From Azolla caroliniana (Eukaryota > Plantae > Polypodiophyta): a stretch of 64,000 nucleotides of DNA. The notes under the pieces were generated by a model. The model did not search any database and was not told where the DNA came from. It was given only the letters and a program-made list of their open reading frames with translations. This document shows, one piece after another, positions 12,001 through 27,000 of this stretch. Numbering within the stretch: position 1 is the first letter of the stretch; each line of letters opens with the position of its first letter. The position numbers and the translations under genes are program-made. The stretch lies in assembly GCA_043228905.1 (NCBI GenBank), contig JBHGNT010000018.1:2852001-2916000 (forward strand). The letters are read 5' to 3'.

Positions 12001-15000
12001 TTCAAATTTCTCCCTAAGTAGAGCCTTTGTGAAGAGGTCTGCAATGTTCTCCTGTGTGGCCACATAAGCCAAACTGATCTCTCCAACGGAGTACCTTTCC
12101 TTGATGTAGTGATAATGCACCTCAATGTGCTTAGTGCGAGCATGGAACATAGGGTTCCTCCCAACTGCCATTGCGCTTTGACTGTTAGTGAAGATGGTGG
12201 TGGCAGAAGACGGACCAACACCCAAATCAGCTAAAAGGCGTCTGAGCCACACACTCAACTGTAGCTGTGAAAGCTGCCTGTGAGAAATGCTGTTAATACA
12301 AGTAGCAGAGCAATTGTTAGATCAAATTAGACACAGCCAAGCTGTGAGAAGGCTGTTAGACAGCAGTAGAAAAAATGGTTGCAAAGAGTAGAGACACAAC
12401 CAAAGAATAGAGCTTGTTTTAAGTGGCAACCAAAGTAAAAAGTCTTTACAAAAGAGGCTGGTATAGCCTATTTATACAAAATTGAGGAATGTGAGTGAAA
12501 TGGTTGTTTGGTAGTAAATTGGCTCTTGTACTACCAAACAGATACAAAAAACTAGGAATTAAAGGGAATATCTTGGAAAAAGTAGAAGAGAGAAAAGGCA
12601 TTTAAAGAATTACAGATTCTAGAGAGAGAAGGCATTAAAAGAGTTGCGAATTCTAGAGAAAGAAGAATCTGGGAAGAGAGAATATAGTACAGAGATAATA
12701 AAGATGAAAGAGAGTGCAGGTCTGGAGCTGCCACCCTCCAACACTGCCCTATACTCAGCCTCACAACTAGAAGTGGCCACAATAGGTTTCGTCTTGCTCA
12801 ACCAAGATATGCATGAGCTACCAAGCATGAAGCAAAAACCACTTGTGGACACACGAGTGTCATAACAACCAGCCCAATCAGAGTCAGAAAAGGCATGCAG
12901 GTTTGGGCGTAGTGATCCCCCCTTGGGATAAAACAACCCAAGTTACCGGGTACCACTCAAGTAGTGAACGACGGGGTTCTTCGCAAGTTGGATGTTGTTG
13001 AGGTTTTCACAATCGATCGTCATCGGATCGGACACCTCCACCTGTAGATCCTTCAATAGCCTTTTGAGCCATATGGCTTTGCACATCACAATAACTGCTC
13101 CTCGATACTCGGCCTCTGTGCTCGATAATGCAACTGTCGGCTACTTGTTGCTCCAAGTGATTGTGGATGAAGAGTGAGGAGTTTGACTTCGACGTGGCAA
13201 ACCCCATCCGACGTAGTCGTTGTGTGATCTTCGCATTTGAGGCACGTGGGGCTTGCTTTAGTTTGTAGAGTAACTTCTTTAGTCGGCACACAACCGATGT
13301 GTTCATTCTAGATTGAAATCTGGGGGGCTATACCATGTACACCCGTTCCTCAAGCTCACCTTGCAGGAATGCATTCTTTACATCCATTTGATGTAAATGC
13401 CACCCCTTTGCCGTGGCGACTGCAAGTAGGGCATAGACGGTCGTCATCTTTGCGACTGGTGCAAACGTGTCGTTATAGTCGATGTCGTGTTGCTGCACAA
13501 CCCTTTGCCACTAACCGGGTCTTGTATCGGTTGACGGAGCCATCGGTGTTGTATTTGACCTTGTACACTCACCTCCATCTGATCGGCTTCACACCCTTTG
13601 GAGCGTCAACCAGGTCCCACATTTTGATCTCTGCTATTGCGTGCGTCTCTTCCTCCATCGCAGCGCGACTATTCGCGTCATGCGTGCTTCTACGTAGCTC
13701 TTTGGCTCACGCACTTCCGGCACATAGCCCTTCACCACTAACAGGGCCTTGTATCGGTTGACGGAGCCGTCGGTGTTGTACTTGACCTTGTACACCCACC
13801 TGCATTTGATCGACTTCACACCCTTTGGAGCATCAACGAGGTCCCACATTCCAATCTCCGCTAGTGCATGCATCTCTTCCTCCATCGCGGCACGCCAATT
13901 TGCGTCGTGCGCTACTTCAGCGTAGCTCTTTGGCTCACACACTTCCTCCACCTTTGTCATGTACGCATATTGATGCGCCATGTAGTCTTAATATTTGTAT
14001 CGAACTACGGGATGCTTTTGAGGGGTAGAATAGCATGCCTAAGTCGACAACTCGCTGGCTCATCATCCTACTGGTCTTTCTGACTCAGCTCTTCATTTGG
14101 CCCTCTAAGCCGGAATGAGATCGGACTCACTGGTCTTGTCCTCAGAGATCCGAATGGAGTTGTCGGGGGTTGGAGATGCATCTCGACTGACCCGGACCTG
14201 TTAAGTTCGAGGGTTGTAACATTTATAACTCTTTTGCTCGTTTGAGTTGTTGACAAGAATGCACTTCTCAGCTTTTGTGTCTAGCTTCCTCTGCTTCTCC
14301 TTCGGCATATGCACATAGGCAATGCTGCCGAACACCTTCAAGTGTCCCAGATTCGGTTTCTTCCTGAAATACAACTCATGTGGTGACACTCCTTCACTCA
14401 CAGATGTCAGATTTTGCAGCTGTCTGGACTGCTTCAGCCCAATAAAACTTTGGCGGATGCTTCTCTTCAAGCATCACTCGTGTTGCCTCCTCTATAGTCC
14501 AAGTCTTCTGCTTGACCACAACGTTCTACTTTGGTGTGTATCTGCAAGAGAATTCTCGTTAAATTCCTTCCTTTTGCAGATAACTCAAGAACTAGTCGGA
14601 AAAGTACTCTTTTACCCCATAAGACCTCAAGCACTTGATTTTTTTGCCGGTTTCCCATTAGGCAAGGCTCTTCACCTTCAGGAAGCAAGTGAAGACTTCG
14701 CTCTTCTTCGTGATCAAGTACGCCCAAGTGCATTGAGTGTAGTCATCGATGAAGCTTATAAAATAACGGCTTCCTTCGATGCTCATGTTCTGTGCTGGTC
14801 CCCAAACATCCGAATGGATTAAATCGAGCTGGTTTTGGCTTTGATTTCGCTCGTTGGGAAATGGAAGTCGATGTTGCTTCCCTTGCTAGCAGGCGTCACA
14901 AACTTGGCTGTTTTGACCATTGAATTTCGGCAATCTGAAAACAATATTCTTTGTTTGCATTTCTTGAAGCCGTGGGAAGTTGACATGGCTGAACCGCTTG

Positions 15001-18000
15001 TGCCATAGGTCGATGTCCCACTCGACCTGTTGCCCTTTTGAAAACATCGTGGTTGCGACTTCATTTGTTTCGAGGATGAACATCTTCCCTTCGCGGCGCC
15101 CTTGTGCAATGACATTGCTCTATTGTTTGATGAAGCATCCGAGGTGTGTAAATTGAACCTGCATCCACATGTCAACAATATGTCCGACTAATACCGGGTA
15201 CTTCATGATTATCGGGACGTGCAAAACGTTCATCAGTTTCCCCTTTTGTTCGACGTGGTTTAAGGGAAGTTCATCGACATGTTCCATGGTATGTGGGGTG
15301 TTGTCACTGATTTCGACGACCCCCTGTTGTTCCGGTTTCTCCAAATACGAGAACCACTCTTCGTGGCTCGTTAATGGTTCGACGCTCCAGAATCAACATA
15401 CCATACCTCGTTCGGTTTCAAGGTGCTTGTCTTCATCCAATTAGCCTTATGCTTCATCACAAAGGCTGGGCCCGATCCATTTCCGGCTCGTCGTGAGCCT
15501 TGGCATAGTGTGATCTTTGACGCCTATTGGCGTCACCCAAGCTCAATCTGGATTTGTCCAAATTGGAGCGCTTCTTCTAGCACTCGCTCTCTGTGTGGCC
15601 CTTCCGGCCATAGTACTAGCATTCCATTTCGTCCTTTGCTTGCCGGTTTCTAGTGCCGCCTTGGCTCCCCCTGTTTCTAGAGGGTTTAGAGTTGGTGTTG
15701 ACATTTCCATTATGCCTTTGGTTTTGCTCTTGTCGACCGCTGCCATTGCGGGCCGACCTGCCTTGTCCACCACGACCACGAGCCTATCTTGCTGTTGGTG
15801 TGCGTACTCGTCGACACACCCGCTTGATTCTCTTCAATGAGAAGCATCCATTGCAACTCAAAAAATGATGGCGTATTCTCTATCGTGCAAACCGGCGTTC
15901 GGAATGATTCGAACTTAGATGCCAACCCACCGAGACAGACCTGCACCATTTCGTCCTCCTCGATGGTCATGTTGATGGAGGTGAGAGAGTCGCAGGTCTC
16001 CTTGATCCGAGAGGGGTAATCAGCCACCGACACATCTCTTTGTCGGACGTTGCTCAACTCTTGTTTGAGCTGAAGCTTTCTAGGTGTGGTGCTCGTGGCA
16101 AAGATCTTCTTCAGATTTCCCCAAGCCCCCTTTGGCGTCTTGGCGTCCCGGATATAACTCAGTAGCTGATCACCGACACTGGATGCAAAGCAGTAGAGAG
16201 CTCTTCTTGTCAACTGTTCCTATACCAATGCCTGTGCATTGGTGCATCTTGTATGACCAAGATACATACTTGCTCCCATCGAGCTTCTCCATTGAAAGCG
16301 AGTCTCCCATGCCTCTGTCCATTTCTCTATGTTGAGAGCTCTTGTCAGCAGCAGAGGATATTCTAACACTTGCGCTGTGATACCCATGCAAAAGAAAATA
16401 TGCGGAAGCTGTAACAGATCACAACCGGCTCAGCCGAATAGCATCAGTGAACACAGAGAATGGAATACATCGAGTAGGTGAGTGAGAGAGAGGAAGAGAG
16501 AGAGATAGAGAGCAAGACAATAACAGTGTTTTTCAAACAAACTCTGTTAAACTCTGTAGATACAATGTGCTCTGTGAGTACTTTTATACAAGTCCTCAAA
16601 AGGACTGACAAGTACGTCAATGCTCGTATCGAGCAACTGACACTAACTCCTAAGAATATTATTATGTACCAGGCTAGGATCGTAGGCCTCTAACCGCCTA
16701 CCAGTTACACTCCGATCCGGCTCTCTGTCCTGGACACCGATCTGGCTCTTGGCTTATTCAGCCGATCCGGATCATGTTGAGCTTGCAAGTCATTGCACAT
16801 ACAGTAATATTTAAGTTAAATTTAGATACCTATACAAGTCAATGTTTTCCTTCCTATTCCTTATATAAAAAGTATATTTGATATTTCACAGGCTTATCAT
16901 CACTCTTGCTGCTGCTGCTCGCATTTATATTAGGTTCAAACATGCAATATTTCAACCCAGCGGTAAGAGGTGTGAGCGAGATAGACAAACAAAACTTTTT
17001 GTGGACTATTTCTCGGTTTTTTCTTCTTGGCATTTCTAATTTGTAAATTTGGTTCCTGCTGCTTTTGGAAGACCAAAGCTTATTTGTTAAGGAATCTAGA
17101 TTAAATGGAAGTATGGCACTATTTTTGGAAATGTTGATTGAAATCACCATCCCATTGCATAGGTGCATTATTGAACGTCTGAAGACAACTTTTTGCTTAA
17201 GAAGAAAGGATAATTGTTGAGTACACAAATCAAATAATGAAGGGGAAACTGTGATCACAATCATTTGGCTCAAGTTGGAAATTTTAAATTAAACTAAAAG
17301 TTATCTTTTTAAAAGTATATTCTCATAGCTTTTCATGTACTAATTCAGGTCTTTACTACAGGTTATAGCAGATAAAGGTGGAGAACTTTTATCCACTATA
17401 CTCACCCTTTCTTTCTTGGTAAGCGTGAGTCCACCTAATTAGCATTCATGCATTTGCACACTTGCCTGAAGGTTATTCCTCCTTGTTCTGCATAAATTTG
17501 TTATCACAATATTCTGCACATTGTATGTGATCCCTTAGTATGTGGTTGTACCATCTTGTCTGCTGCTGTAGTTCTGTCTTGCCAATGTTTGGAATCCTTT
17601 TTGTCACTTGGATGATCGCATTTATTGCAGAGAACCACTGGACAGGACTGAGCAGTCAAGCTATTGGTTTGGTATCATTGCAGCTCTGTGATGAGTAGAT
17701 TGTTTCATTACATCACGGTGAATATTTCATGGAACGTGACCACAAAATGTTTGCAACAGCCTTTCAACTCCTGTTCATAAAATAGAATAAAACAAAAAAA
17801 TATGTTGAAGAATATGCACTGGTGATTAGATAGATAGAGATTATGTTGTCTATTAATGTCGAACTCTCTATAATGCATGACAGACCTGGAACTTTTGCAA
17901 ACATAGCAACAACTCAGAAGTTGGCGCTTGTCCATACCCAATAATCTACTGTCTGTGTTGATGTGAGCTGGGTGTGAGTATCACTGTGGTTGGCAACTTT

Positions 18001-21000
18001 CCTTTATAATACAATAATAAGTAAGAGAAGTATTAATGTGCCTTGAGATGAGCTGCACTGTGAAAATTCTTGTAGTAGCCTTTCCCATTGAGGCAATGAA
18101 GATGCTTGAGAAGTTTGAATTGGATACTACTGTATTTGGAACTGTTGATAACTGATCTTAATATTTATTACCATGATATCTGGAACTTTTTTTCATTTCA
18201 GGCATCTTTGCTGATATTCATTGCTGGTAGTGTATCCGGAAGCAAAAGTGCATCATTAAGACCTCATTTGACTGGAAACTTCATTCATGACTGGTGAGCA
18301 TACTTTTATTTGTGAATTAGAATCAATATTTAATGGATTTAATCTATGTAAGCATGTCTATTAAGAAGAAAGATGATAACATGTACCCCATGAAGACACC
18401 ATGTTTTCCTTTTTCTGAATTACGGATAAAAGTTCATATAGTCTTAGGGTAGTATTTAGGGTAGTAGTTATGTTTCCTATACATAATCTTACCCTTTAGA
18501 TAAGTCTTTCAAGTGGGATTATGTTCGATTTGTCTTTACAGGCAAAACTACAAATCAGCATTAAAATGCATACATTTAGGATAGTATGCATTTGATGATA
18601 GAAATTAGAACTACTGTCAATGGCAAAGTCTGATATCTGCCTCAATTGTTGTTGGATCAGAGGGTAGGAAGATTCAAATAAGAGATGGATAAGAGAGGCT
18701 GAATCTGGGTTTAGGATAGTAATATGTTTACTAAAATCTGATGCACTTGATGATAGAAATTAGAACTACTGTCAATGGCAAAGTCTAATATCTGCCTCAA
18801 TTGTTGTTGGATCAGAGGGTAGGAAGATTCAAATAAGAGATGGATAAGAGAGGCAGAATCTGGGTTTGTGTCAGTGCTATTCTGAAATCTAGAGATGCAT
18901 TGTATTGAAGAGTCAACTATATACACAATTTTGTGTACATTGGATATATTCTTTTTTGGACATTTCAGTATTCTTTTAAATATTTCTTCAAACTAGTCCT
19001 TGCCTCCAAAACGTACTCTTATTGTTTTGCAGGTGGTTCGGCGTGCAGTTGAACCCAACCTTTTTGACCATTGACTTGAAGTTAGTTCAACCTTTCCATT
19101 CTGTATTAATGTCTTTTATTTACATGTCATGCTTCTAAAGAAATAATATCAATTGTCGAAAGTTTTTTGATGTGATGTGTTTATCTGTCTTATCATCCAC
19201 AAAATGTTAAATCAACTTTATTAGTAAGGACACAGAGATTGTGCTCAATGGTGCCTTGTCACTTTGCTCGACATCTTGAACACACAATACTTGGCCAAAG
19301 CCACGAGCGTGAGTGCGTGGAAGTTATTTTAAAATTTCTAATGCATTTTATCTAGATAACAAACTTTTGTAGAAATAATAGTTGTTGCTAAAAATATTTG
19401 TTTGAAAAGAATGTATCTTTGATGTGTGTTTACCTGTCTTACTATCCATAAAATGTAAAGTGATTTATTGAAGACATAGATTTTAGCCCAATCTATATTG
19501 TTGTATCTTAAATGCAGATCATCCATGTGAATAATAATGGTGGTTTTAAGTTTTTTCTGGTAGGAAAAGGTTCCCAACCAAGCAAATGATATTGCTTATA
19601 AACAAGATCTTTGAGGGTCTTTACTCAATGTTGGTCAGTCGTTGATGGTCTTTTTTTAATTTTTATCAAATCCAGATTTTTATAATCAGAAGCTTGAAAT
19701 ATTTGCTTAGCTTGTTTCTGCCATTATCTTGAGTTGAAGATTATGCACATGATATGTATGATTACTTGGAATATAGTGAGCCCCTTAACTTCATAGGAAA
19801 TATTTTGCCTCAGACTCCTTAATTTCCAAATTTTTTGGGATAAATGGTAGCAGTTCCATTGATTGTGTCATCTAATCTTTACAGTGACCCTGTCATTCAC
19901 TTCTTACTAATGTACCTGTGGAGTAAGCTGTGACAGAGATGACAAATTTCATAGATGCTTGAGGACAGTTATCTGTTTCTTATTTACTCAAGTATGTAAA
20001 GTAGGTCTGGTGCCAATAATGATGTCTGAAACACAGCCTTAAATAGGGATTACATGAATGAAATTTATAGATAGTCTATTATTTGTGAATGCAGATCCAT
20101 CTGCCTCTGAAAATATATATCCTTCAATGTTATACTATAATGTCGTAGATATATTATGGGGATACCAAAATTGATCAAGTTACAAATCTGAAAAGTTTAG
20201 ATAACTTTGCATCCTAAAGGGTTTACTGCTTTTAAGAGTGTTGGAAATTCATATTTAATAATAATGAAACTTTTTGAGAAACCTATAATTAACAGAATGG
20301 TTTTCCTAACTGGAAAATGAAACAAAGATCCTACAGTTATGGACACTCATGTTAATGATGATTTACCCTATAATTATGGACGCTCATGCCAATGATGATT
20401 TTCACAGGTTTTTTGCCACTAAGTCAGGTATGATTGGATGGTTTTTCTTAAATCTATCAGTTGCAGCAAAACAACATCAAATTGAAGGAACACTTAGTCT
20501 ACCAATGATTCTTTACCAGTGTTTCTCGATGGTATTTACAAGCACAAATTTGATATTTATGTGAAAAGAGCTTTATTATTGCAATGCTTAACATTTCTTT
20601 CTTTGGCAGATATATCTGCTTGACTATTTCTGGTTTGAAGAGTTCATGACATCCACGTATGTAACAGAACTAGGCATTACCTTCAAATTGTGTACTCTTT
20701 GAGTCAATTTGTGAGCTGTTAGATCTTTCCTATAGAGAATGACATGTGTTAAGTTTTGGAGATGGTTTATGTGGTTGACTGATGGTAGATTGCTTTGATA
20801 GTACCTTGGCTCATACTTCGTTCGGTCTTGCTTATCATGGGTAGAAAGCCTTTGTAGGGGTATACCTTGTTGGGAATAAAGGGCCATTGTGCCTTTTATT
20901 AGTGCACGAGTGTGAACGCACTCGTAGCACATTTTGACTTGTATATACATAATATCTAAAAATCCAAAAAAGTGGTACACTCTTTGTACCCAAGATAGCG

Positions 21001-24000
21001 TGCATCTCTCTCTCTCTCTCTCCCTTTGTCTCTCACTCAGACTCTCTCCCTCTTTGTTTTTGACCTAAACCCTAATCCTCGTGCTGCCATCAAATTGGTA
21101 TCAGAGCAGAGTTTAGAGTTTTTTGCAGAGCAGGGTTTAGGGTTTTATGCAGAGCAAAGTTTAGGGTTTTTTGCAGAGCAGAGTTTAGGGTTTTTGCAAA
21201 GCAAAGTTTAGGGTTTTCTGCAGAGCAAGTCATGTTTTTTTTGCAGAGTAGGTCACGTTTTCTGCAAAGTAAGCCCCTTTTTTTTCTGGAGAGCAAGTTT
21301 GGTCCTCCGTTTGGGCTAAGAAATCATGACTAACGGCAGTGATAGTAGCCACCTTATGCACATCAAGAAGCTTAGAGGGTGCACATAACTTTGCGGTATG
21401 GAAAAAGCAATGCTACAACATCTTGCTACAAAAGAAGCATGCAAAGCCTATAAAAGTCAAATGGGTAAAGCTTACAAATATGGACAACGAGGATTGGCAA
21501 GAGTTGAACGAGCTTGCACGCTCAACTATTGAGTTGTCGATTTCTGATGCCTTGCTGTTTAATATTGAAGGTTTGGATTGTGCCTATTCTATATGGACTA
21601 GACTAGAGGAACTGTATGCCCAGAAGACGGTAGCTAGCAAAGTTTACTGGCTTAAGAAACTCATGGATTTGCGCATGATAGAGGGCACACCCATGTCAAC
21701 TCACCTGAGTGAGTTCAATTCCATTTTCAGCCAGCTGGTTGCCTTGAAATTCATTATTGATGATGAGTTTAAGGCCACGTTTTTACTTTGCACCTTGCCA
21801 GAAAGTTGGGATACTTTCATGACTGCTATGAGCAATTCAAATGCGATGCTTCTTTATGCCGATGTAGAGAGTTCTCTACTTATGGAAGAGATGAGTTAGC
21901 AAAACAATGCATCCAATAAGTCCTCTAGTGTTTTGCATATGAGGGGTAGGTCACAACAAAGAGGCAAATTTGATAGTTATGGCCGTAGTAAATCACGTGG
22001 TAAAGATGTAGAATGCCATCATTGTGGCAAAAAGGGTCACTTTAAACGTGATTGTTTCAAATGGAAGAAAGAGAAAGGAAAGGGCAAAAAGATAGATGAT
22101 TGCATTGAAGAAAAGAGAGACATTCAACCGTAGAAAGGCAAAGCTAAAAATGAAGAGGTGAATGTAGTCTCATTCATGACAGTGATAGTGGAAATGATGT
22201 TCTCTTTGTCTCGTCATGCCATAGAGAACATGCTTTACTTGTAGATACGGATGGTGACATGCACACTTGGATACTTGATTCCGGTGCTTCTTTTCACGTC
22301 ACCCCTAATCGTGAGTGGTTTTCAGATTACATAGGGGGTCGACATGGTGTTGTCCATCTTGGGGACAACTATGCATGTGAAATTGCAGGTATTGGCACTG
22401 TGCAATTACAGTTTCAGCATGGTTCTGCTTTCACACTTCAGCATGTACGACATGTACCTCAGCTCAAGAAGAGCTTGATTAGCACAGGACAGCTAGATGA
22501 TGATGGATTTCACACAACCTTTGGTGATGGGAAATGGAAGATTTGTAAGGGATCTAGAGTTATTGCTAAGGGTAGTAAAAGTGATACTTTGTATCCTCTC
22601 CATGTATCTAGTGTGAGTGACCATGTTGTTGCCATAACCGAGCAGCCTAGTGTTTCTTTGTGGCATGGCCGGTTGGGACACATGAGTGAAACTGGTATGA
22701 AAGTACTTTCTCGTTTGGGTTACATGCCATGTCTTCGTTATGCTGACTTTGAACATTGTGATCATTGCATTTATGGTAAACATGTACAAACATCTCATAA
22801 AAAGTCTTTTTCGCTGAAGTTTTCCCCGCTTGAGTTAGTACATTCAGATGTATTTCAGATGCTAGGGCTATCATTAGGGGGAAAGAAATACTTAGTCACT
22901 TTCGTCGATGATGCTACATGGAAGGTATGGGTTTACCCTATTTGTAGCAAGGATGGAGTGCTCGACAAGTTTCGAACATTTTTGGCATTAGTTGAGAATC
23001 AAATTGATAAGACACTTAAGTGTCTTCGCTTTGACAATGGTGGGGAATATGTGTCCAAGGCCTTTCAAGCATTTTGTGATAGCAAAGGGATAAAGAGGGA
23101 ACTCACTGCCCCATATAATCCACCCCAAAATGGAGTTGCAGAGCGTATGAATCGGACTATTCAAGATAAGGTCCGTACAATGCTGTCTCATGCTGCGTTA
23201 CCCCATCGTTTTTGGGCAGAGGCTGTTATGACAGCTGTTCACTTGATTAATCTTTGGGAGGGGGAATACCCCAAGAAGCGTGGTCGGGCAAGCCACCTTC
23301 ATATGCTCACTTGAGAGTGTTTGGCTGTGAGGTTTTTGTGCACATTCGTAAAGAAGAACGCAACAAACTTGAGCCAAATTCCTGCAAATGTATTTTCCTA
23401 GGATACGGTGACGAGGGTGAAATGGGGTATAGATTGTGGGAACCCGAGAAAAGAAAAATAGTACGCAGCAATGATGTTATCTTCCGGGAAAATCGCATGC
23501 ATAAACCACCCGAAAAGACTGAGGAAGTACGTAGGGTTGTATTCTGAGAAGAAATACCTTCTAGACAGGAAAATGTGCCTGCTGTACAGCAGCAAACACC
23601 TGCTGTAGACTTACCTGCAAATGCAGAAAATGAGGTTGGAATGATCAGCCAGCCTTTGCCAATAATGATGAGCCACCAAATGTGCAGGAACAGCTAGAAC
23701 AGCAAGCTGTTAATGATGATTTGCAGGCTGAAATGCCTGAACTGCAAATAGAAAATGATGATTTGCAGGCTCAACAGTCACCAAACAATGAGCATTGGGT
23801 TAGGAGATCGTCTAGAGTTACTAGACAGCCTGACAGATTTGTTCCTGATGCAAACAGTGTGGCTGATTATGTCATGGTGACTGATTGTGGTGAACCATCT
23901 TGCTTCAAGGAAGCAATGGACAGACAGGACAACAAGAAATGGTATAAAGCCACGTTGTCAGAGATGGAATCTCTTGAGAAAAATGACACTTGGGATTTGG

Positions 24001-27000
24001 TGCAGTTGCCTAAAGGGCAGAAAATACTTCCATGCAAATGGGTTTATAAAATGAAGGTCATTTTTGATTCCTCGCCAAAGTACAAAGCAAGATTGGTTGC
24101 AAAAGGATACAAGCAAGAATATGGAGTTGATTTTGATGAGATCTTCTCGCCTGTAGTCAAGATGACTACATTAAGAATCATTTTGGGCTTAGTTGCAGCT
24201 GAAGATATGGAGGTCATACAGAAGGATGTGAAGACCGCCTTTTTACATGGCGATCTGCATGAAGACATATATATGCAGCAGCCTGAAGGTTTTGTAGCTA
24301 AAGGCAAAGAGAAGATGGTCTATAAGCTCAAAAGGAGCTTGTATGGGTTGAAACAAGCACCAAGAGAATGGTATCATAAATCTGATGCATTTATGCAGTC
24401 TCAAGGTTTTTGTAGAAGTCAAGTGGACCACTGCTTGTACACCAAGAAGGCAGGAGATGGCAGCCTGATTATCTTGGTTTTGTATGTTGATGATATGTTG
24501 ATTGCTGGCAAGGATATTCATGCCTTGAATTCATTGAAGCAAAGCCTTCATGGCAGCTATGATATGAAGGATCTTGGTGATGCAAATCACATCCTTGGCA
24601 TGCGAATACACCGAAACCAGTCGAAAGGGGTACTGTTTCTTTCTCAGCAGGAGTATATCTCTAATGTTTTGCAGCGTTTCAATATGGAGGGGGGGAAAAC
24701 AATTGGGGTTCCATTGCCTCCATATTTGAAACTCAGTGCAAAAGACAGCCCTATATCTGATGCTGAGAAGGCTGAAATGGCTAAGGTTCCATATGCTTCT
24801 GCCATTGGCAGTTTGATATATGTGATGGTTGCTACACGCCCTGATATTGCTTTTGCAGTGGGAGTGGTTAGTAGGTATATGGAAAATCCCGGCAAAAAGC
24901 ATTGGGAAGCAGTGAAAGGTATTATGAGATACCTCAAAGGCACAAAGGACTTGTGTATTTGCTTTGGAAAGCAAAAGGCATCTGTCGTTGGTTTTACAGA
25001 TGCAGACAATGCTGGTCAGGACTATGCTGGTTTTACAGATGCGGACAATGCTGGTCAGGACTATGCTGGTCACGCAGACTGCAGGAAGTCTACTTCTGGG
25101 TATGTGTTTACTTTCACAGGAGGAGCGGTCTCTTGGATCCCCAGACTACAGAAGTGTGTTGCATTGTTTACTACAGGGGCAGAGTATGTTGCTGCCACTG
25201 AGGCATGCAAAGAGGCTTTATGGCTTTCATATCTAGTGAGAGATCTTGGCATTACAGAGTTACCTATTCTTCATTGTGACAGGCAAAGTGCTATCATGCT
25301 AGCTCGGAATCTTGTCTTTCATGCAAAGATGAAGCACATAGAGGTGAAGTATCACTTCATCAGAGATGTACTTGACAGCAAGAACATTGAACTTGTCAAA
25401 GTACATACAAATAATAATCCTGCAGATCTTCTCATGAAGGGTCTTCCAGCTGAGTGATTTGCTCATTGCTGACAGATGATGGGAGTTGGATAGATGTATG
25501 TAGTTCAGCTTTGTACATACTTGGACTTAGCTGACTTTCTTTTTTTTCTCTCATGGCACATTGCCTTTAGGTGGGAAGGTTGTTGGGAATAAAGGGCCAT
25601 TGTGCCTTTTATTAGTGCACTAGTGTGAACGCACTCGAAGCACATTTTGACTTGTATATACATAATATCTAAAAAACCAAAAAGTGGTACACTCTTTGTA
25701 CCCAAGATAGCGTGCATCTCTCTCTCTCTCCCTTTGTCTCTCACTCAGACTCTCTCCCTCTCTGTTTTTGACGTAAACCCTAATCCTTGTGCTGCCTTCA
25801 TACCTGCATGATGGCTTTTATTTCCCATTATGCCTTAATGAATCTTGCTTCCTCCATAATATGATCCTTTGGAGATTATTCTCCTAATCAACTGTAATTT
25901 AAATTGGTTATTTTACATTTTGTTTTATTGCAAATTTCTCCCTTGTTATTCTTTTTCATAACTTTGTTTCAATGCAGCTGGGATATCATTGCAGAAAACT
26001 TTGGGTTCATGTTAATATTTGGAGATTTAGTTTGGATACCATTCACTTTTAGTATCCAGGTTTGTCATGATTATGGTAAAATAAGTTTAACATTAAATTT
26101 ATTGTATTGAAACTAAAATATTAGCTATCAATGAAGGGCTGGTGGCTATTGCGACGCAAGCCAGAATTGACTGCTATTGCAGCCGCACTGAATGTTGTAA
26201 TTTTTATATTGGGGTATTTAGTCTTTCACACATTCGAACAGTATTATAGATAATTTTGACATATCATGCAGGTGTCTAACTGTTTTGTATTTACATAGGT
26301 TTGCAATCTTCCGGGGAGCAAATATGCAGAAACATATTTTCAAAAAGGATTCAAGTGCCTTAATATGGGGCCAACCACCAAAAACTATTGGGGGAAAGCT
26401 CCTTGTTTCAGGCTTTTGGTAGAGCACATGCCTTCATTTAATGTGATATTTCGTATCAATGAAAATATATAAAATCCTTTGAAAATATATTAATTATAAA
26501 GTAAAATATTTTGAATTCCTAGATTTATGTAGATGATTATTACATAGCCCAGATCTAAGCTGCTAAGATATTTGCATGAGCACTTACCATCTTTTCATTG
26601 GATATGGTATACTCCCACTTAGTGATAGAAGCTGTTTATCTAGAGATTTAGATTGTGATATCAAAGAAATGTGAACTTGAATGAGGTCACAATGCTGCTA
26701 GTATCTAAACTCACCTCAATTGATGCATTGCCAAATATTGACATTATTTTAGCAAAATTTCAAAAGCCTAAAACATGTTTTGTCTATAACCTTACATTAA
26801 AACGTCAAGCTCAAAATCTTGTTTTGGTATGCTAACTAAACAAAAATTCAGTCTTGTTTGAAAACATTATGGCTAACTAAACAGCATGAATCTGCAGGGG
26901 GATTGCACGGCACTGCAACTATCTTGGAGACATTGTTATTGCCTTTTCCTTTAGTCTACCTTGTGGGGCAAGGTAAATACATGATGGTTCAAAATAATCT

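Larger units (their letters stand above)
20868..25800 (+). mobile_element. Full-length Ty1/copia LTR retrotransposon (disrupted ORF) in FACKEL intron 8
   Basis: LTRs 20868-21092 and 25581-25800 (about 7 substitutions plus CT-repeat length change by eye), TSD TACCT, PBS TGGTATCAGAGC at 21096, PPT before the 3' LTR. Confidence 0.96.

Noticed and set aside
21096-21107. tRNA-Met-like sequence
   Set aside because: Only the 12 nt primer-binding site of the copia, not a tRNA gene; the same applies at 41152-41163.
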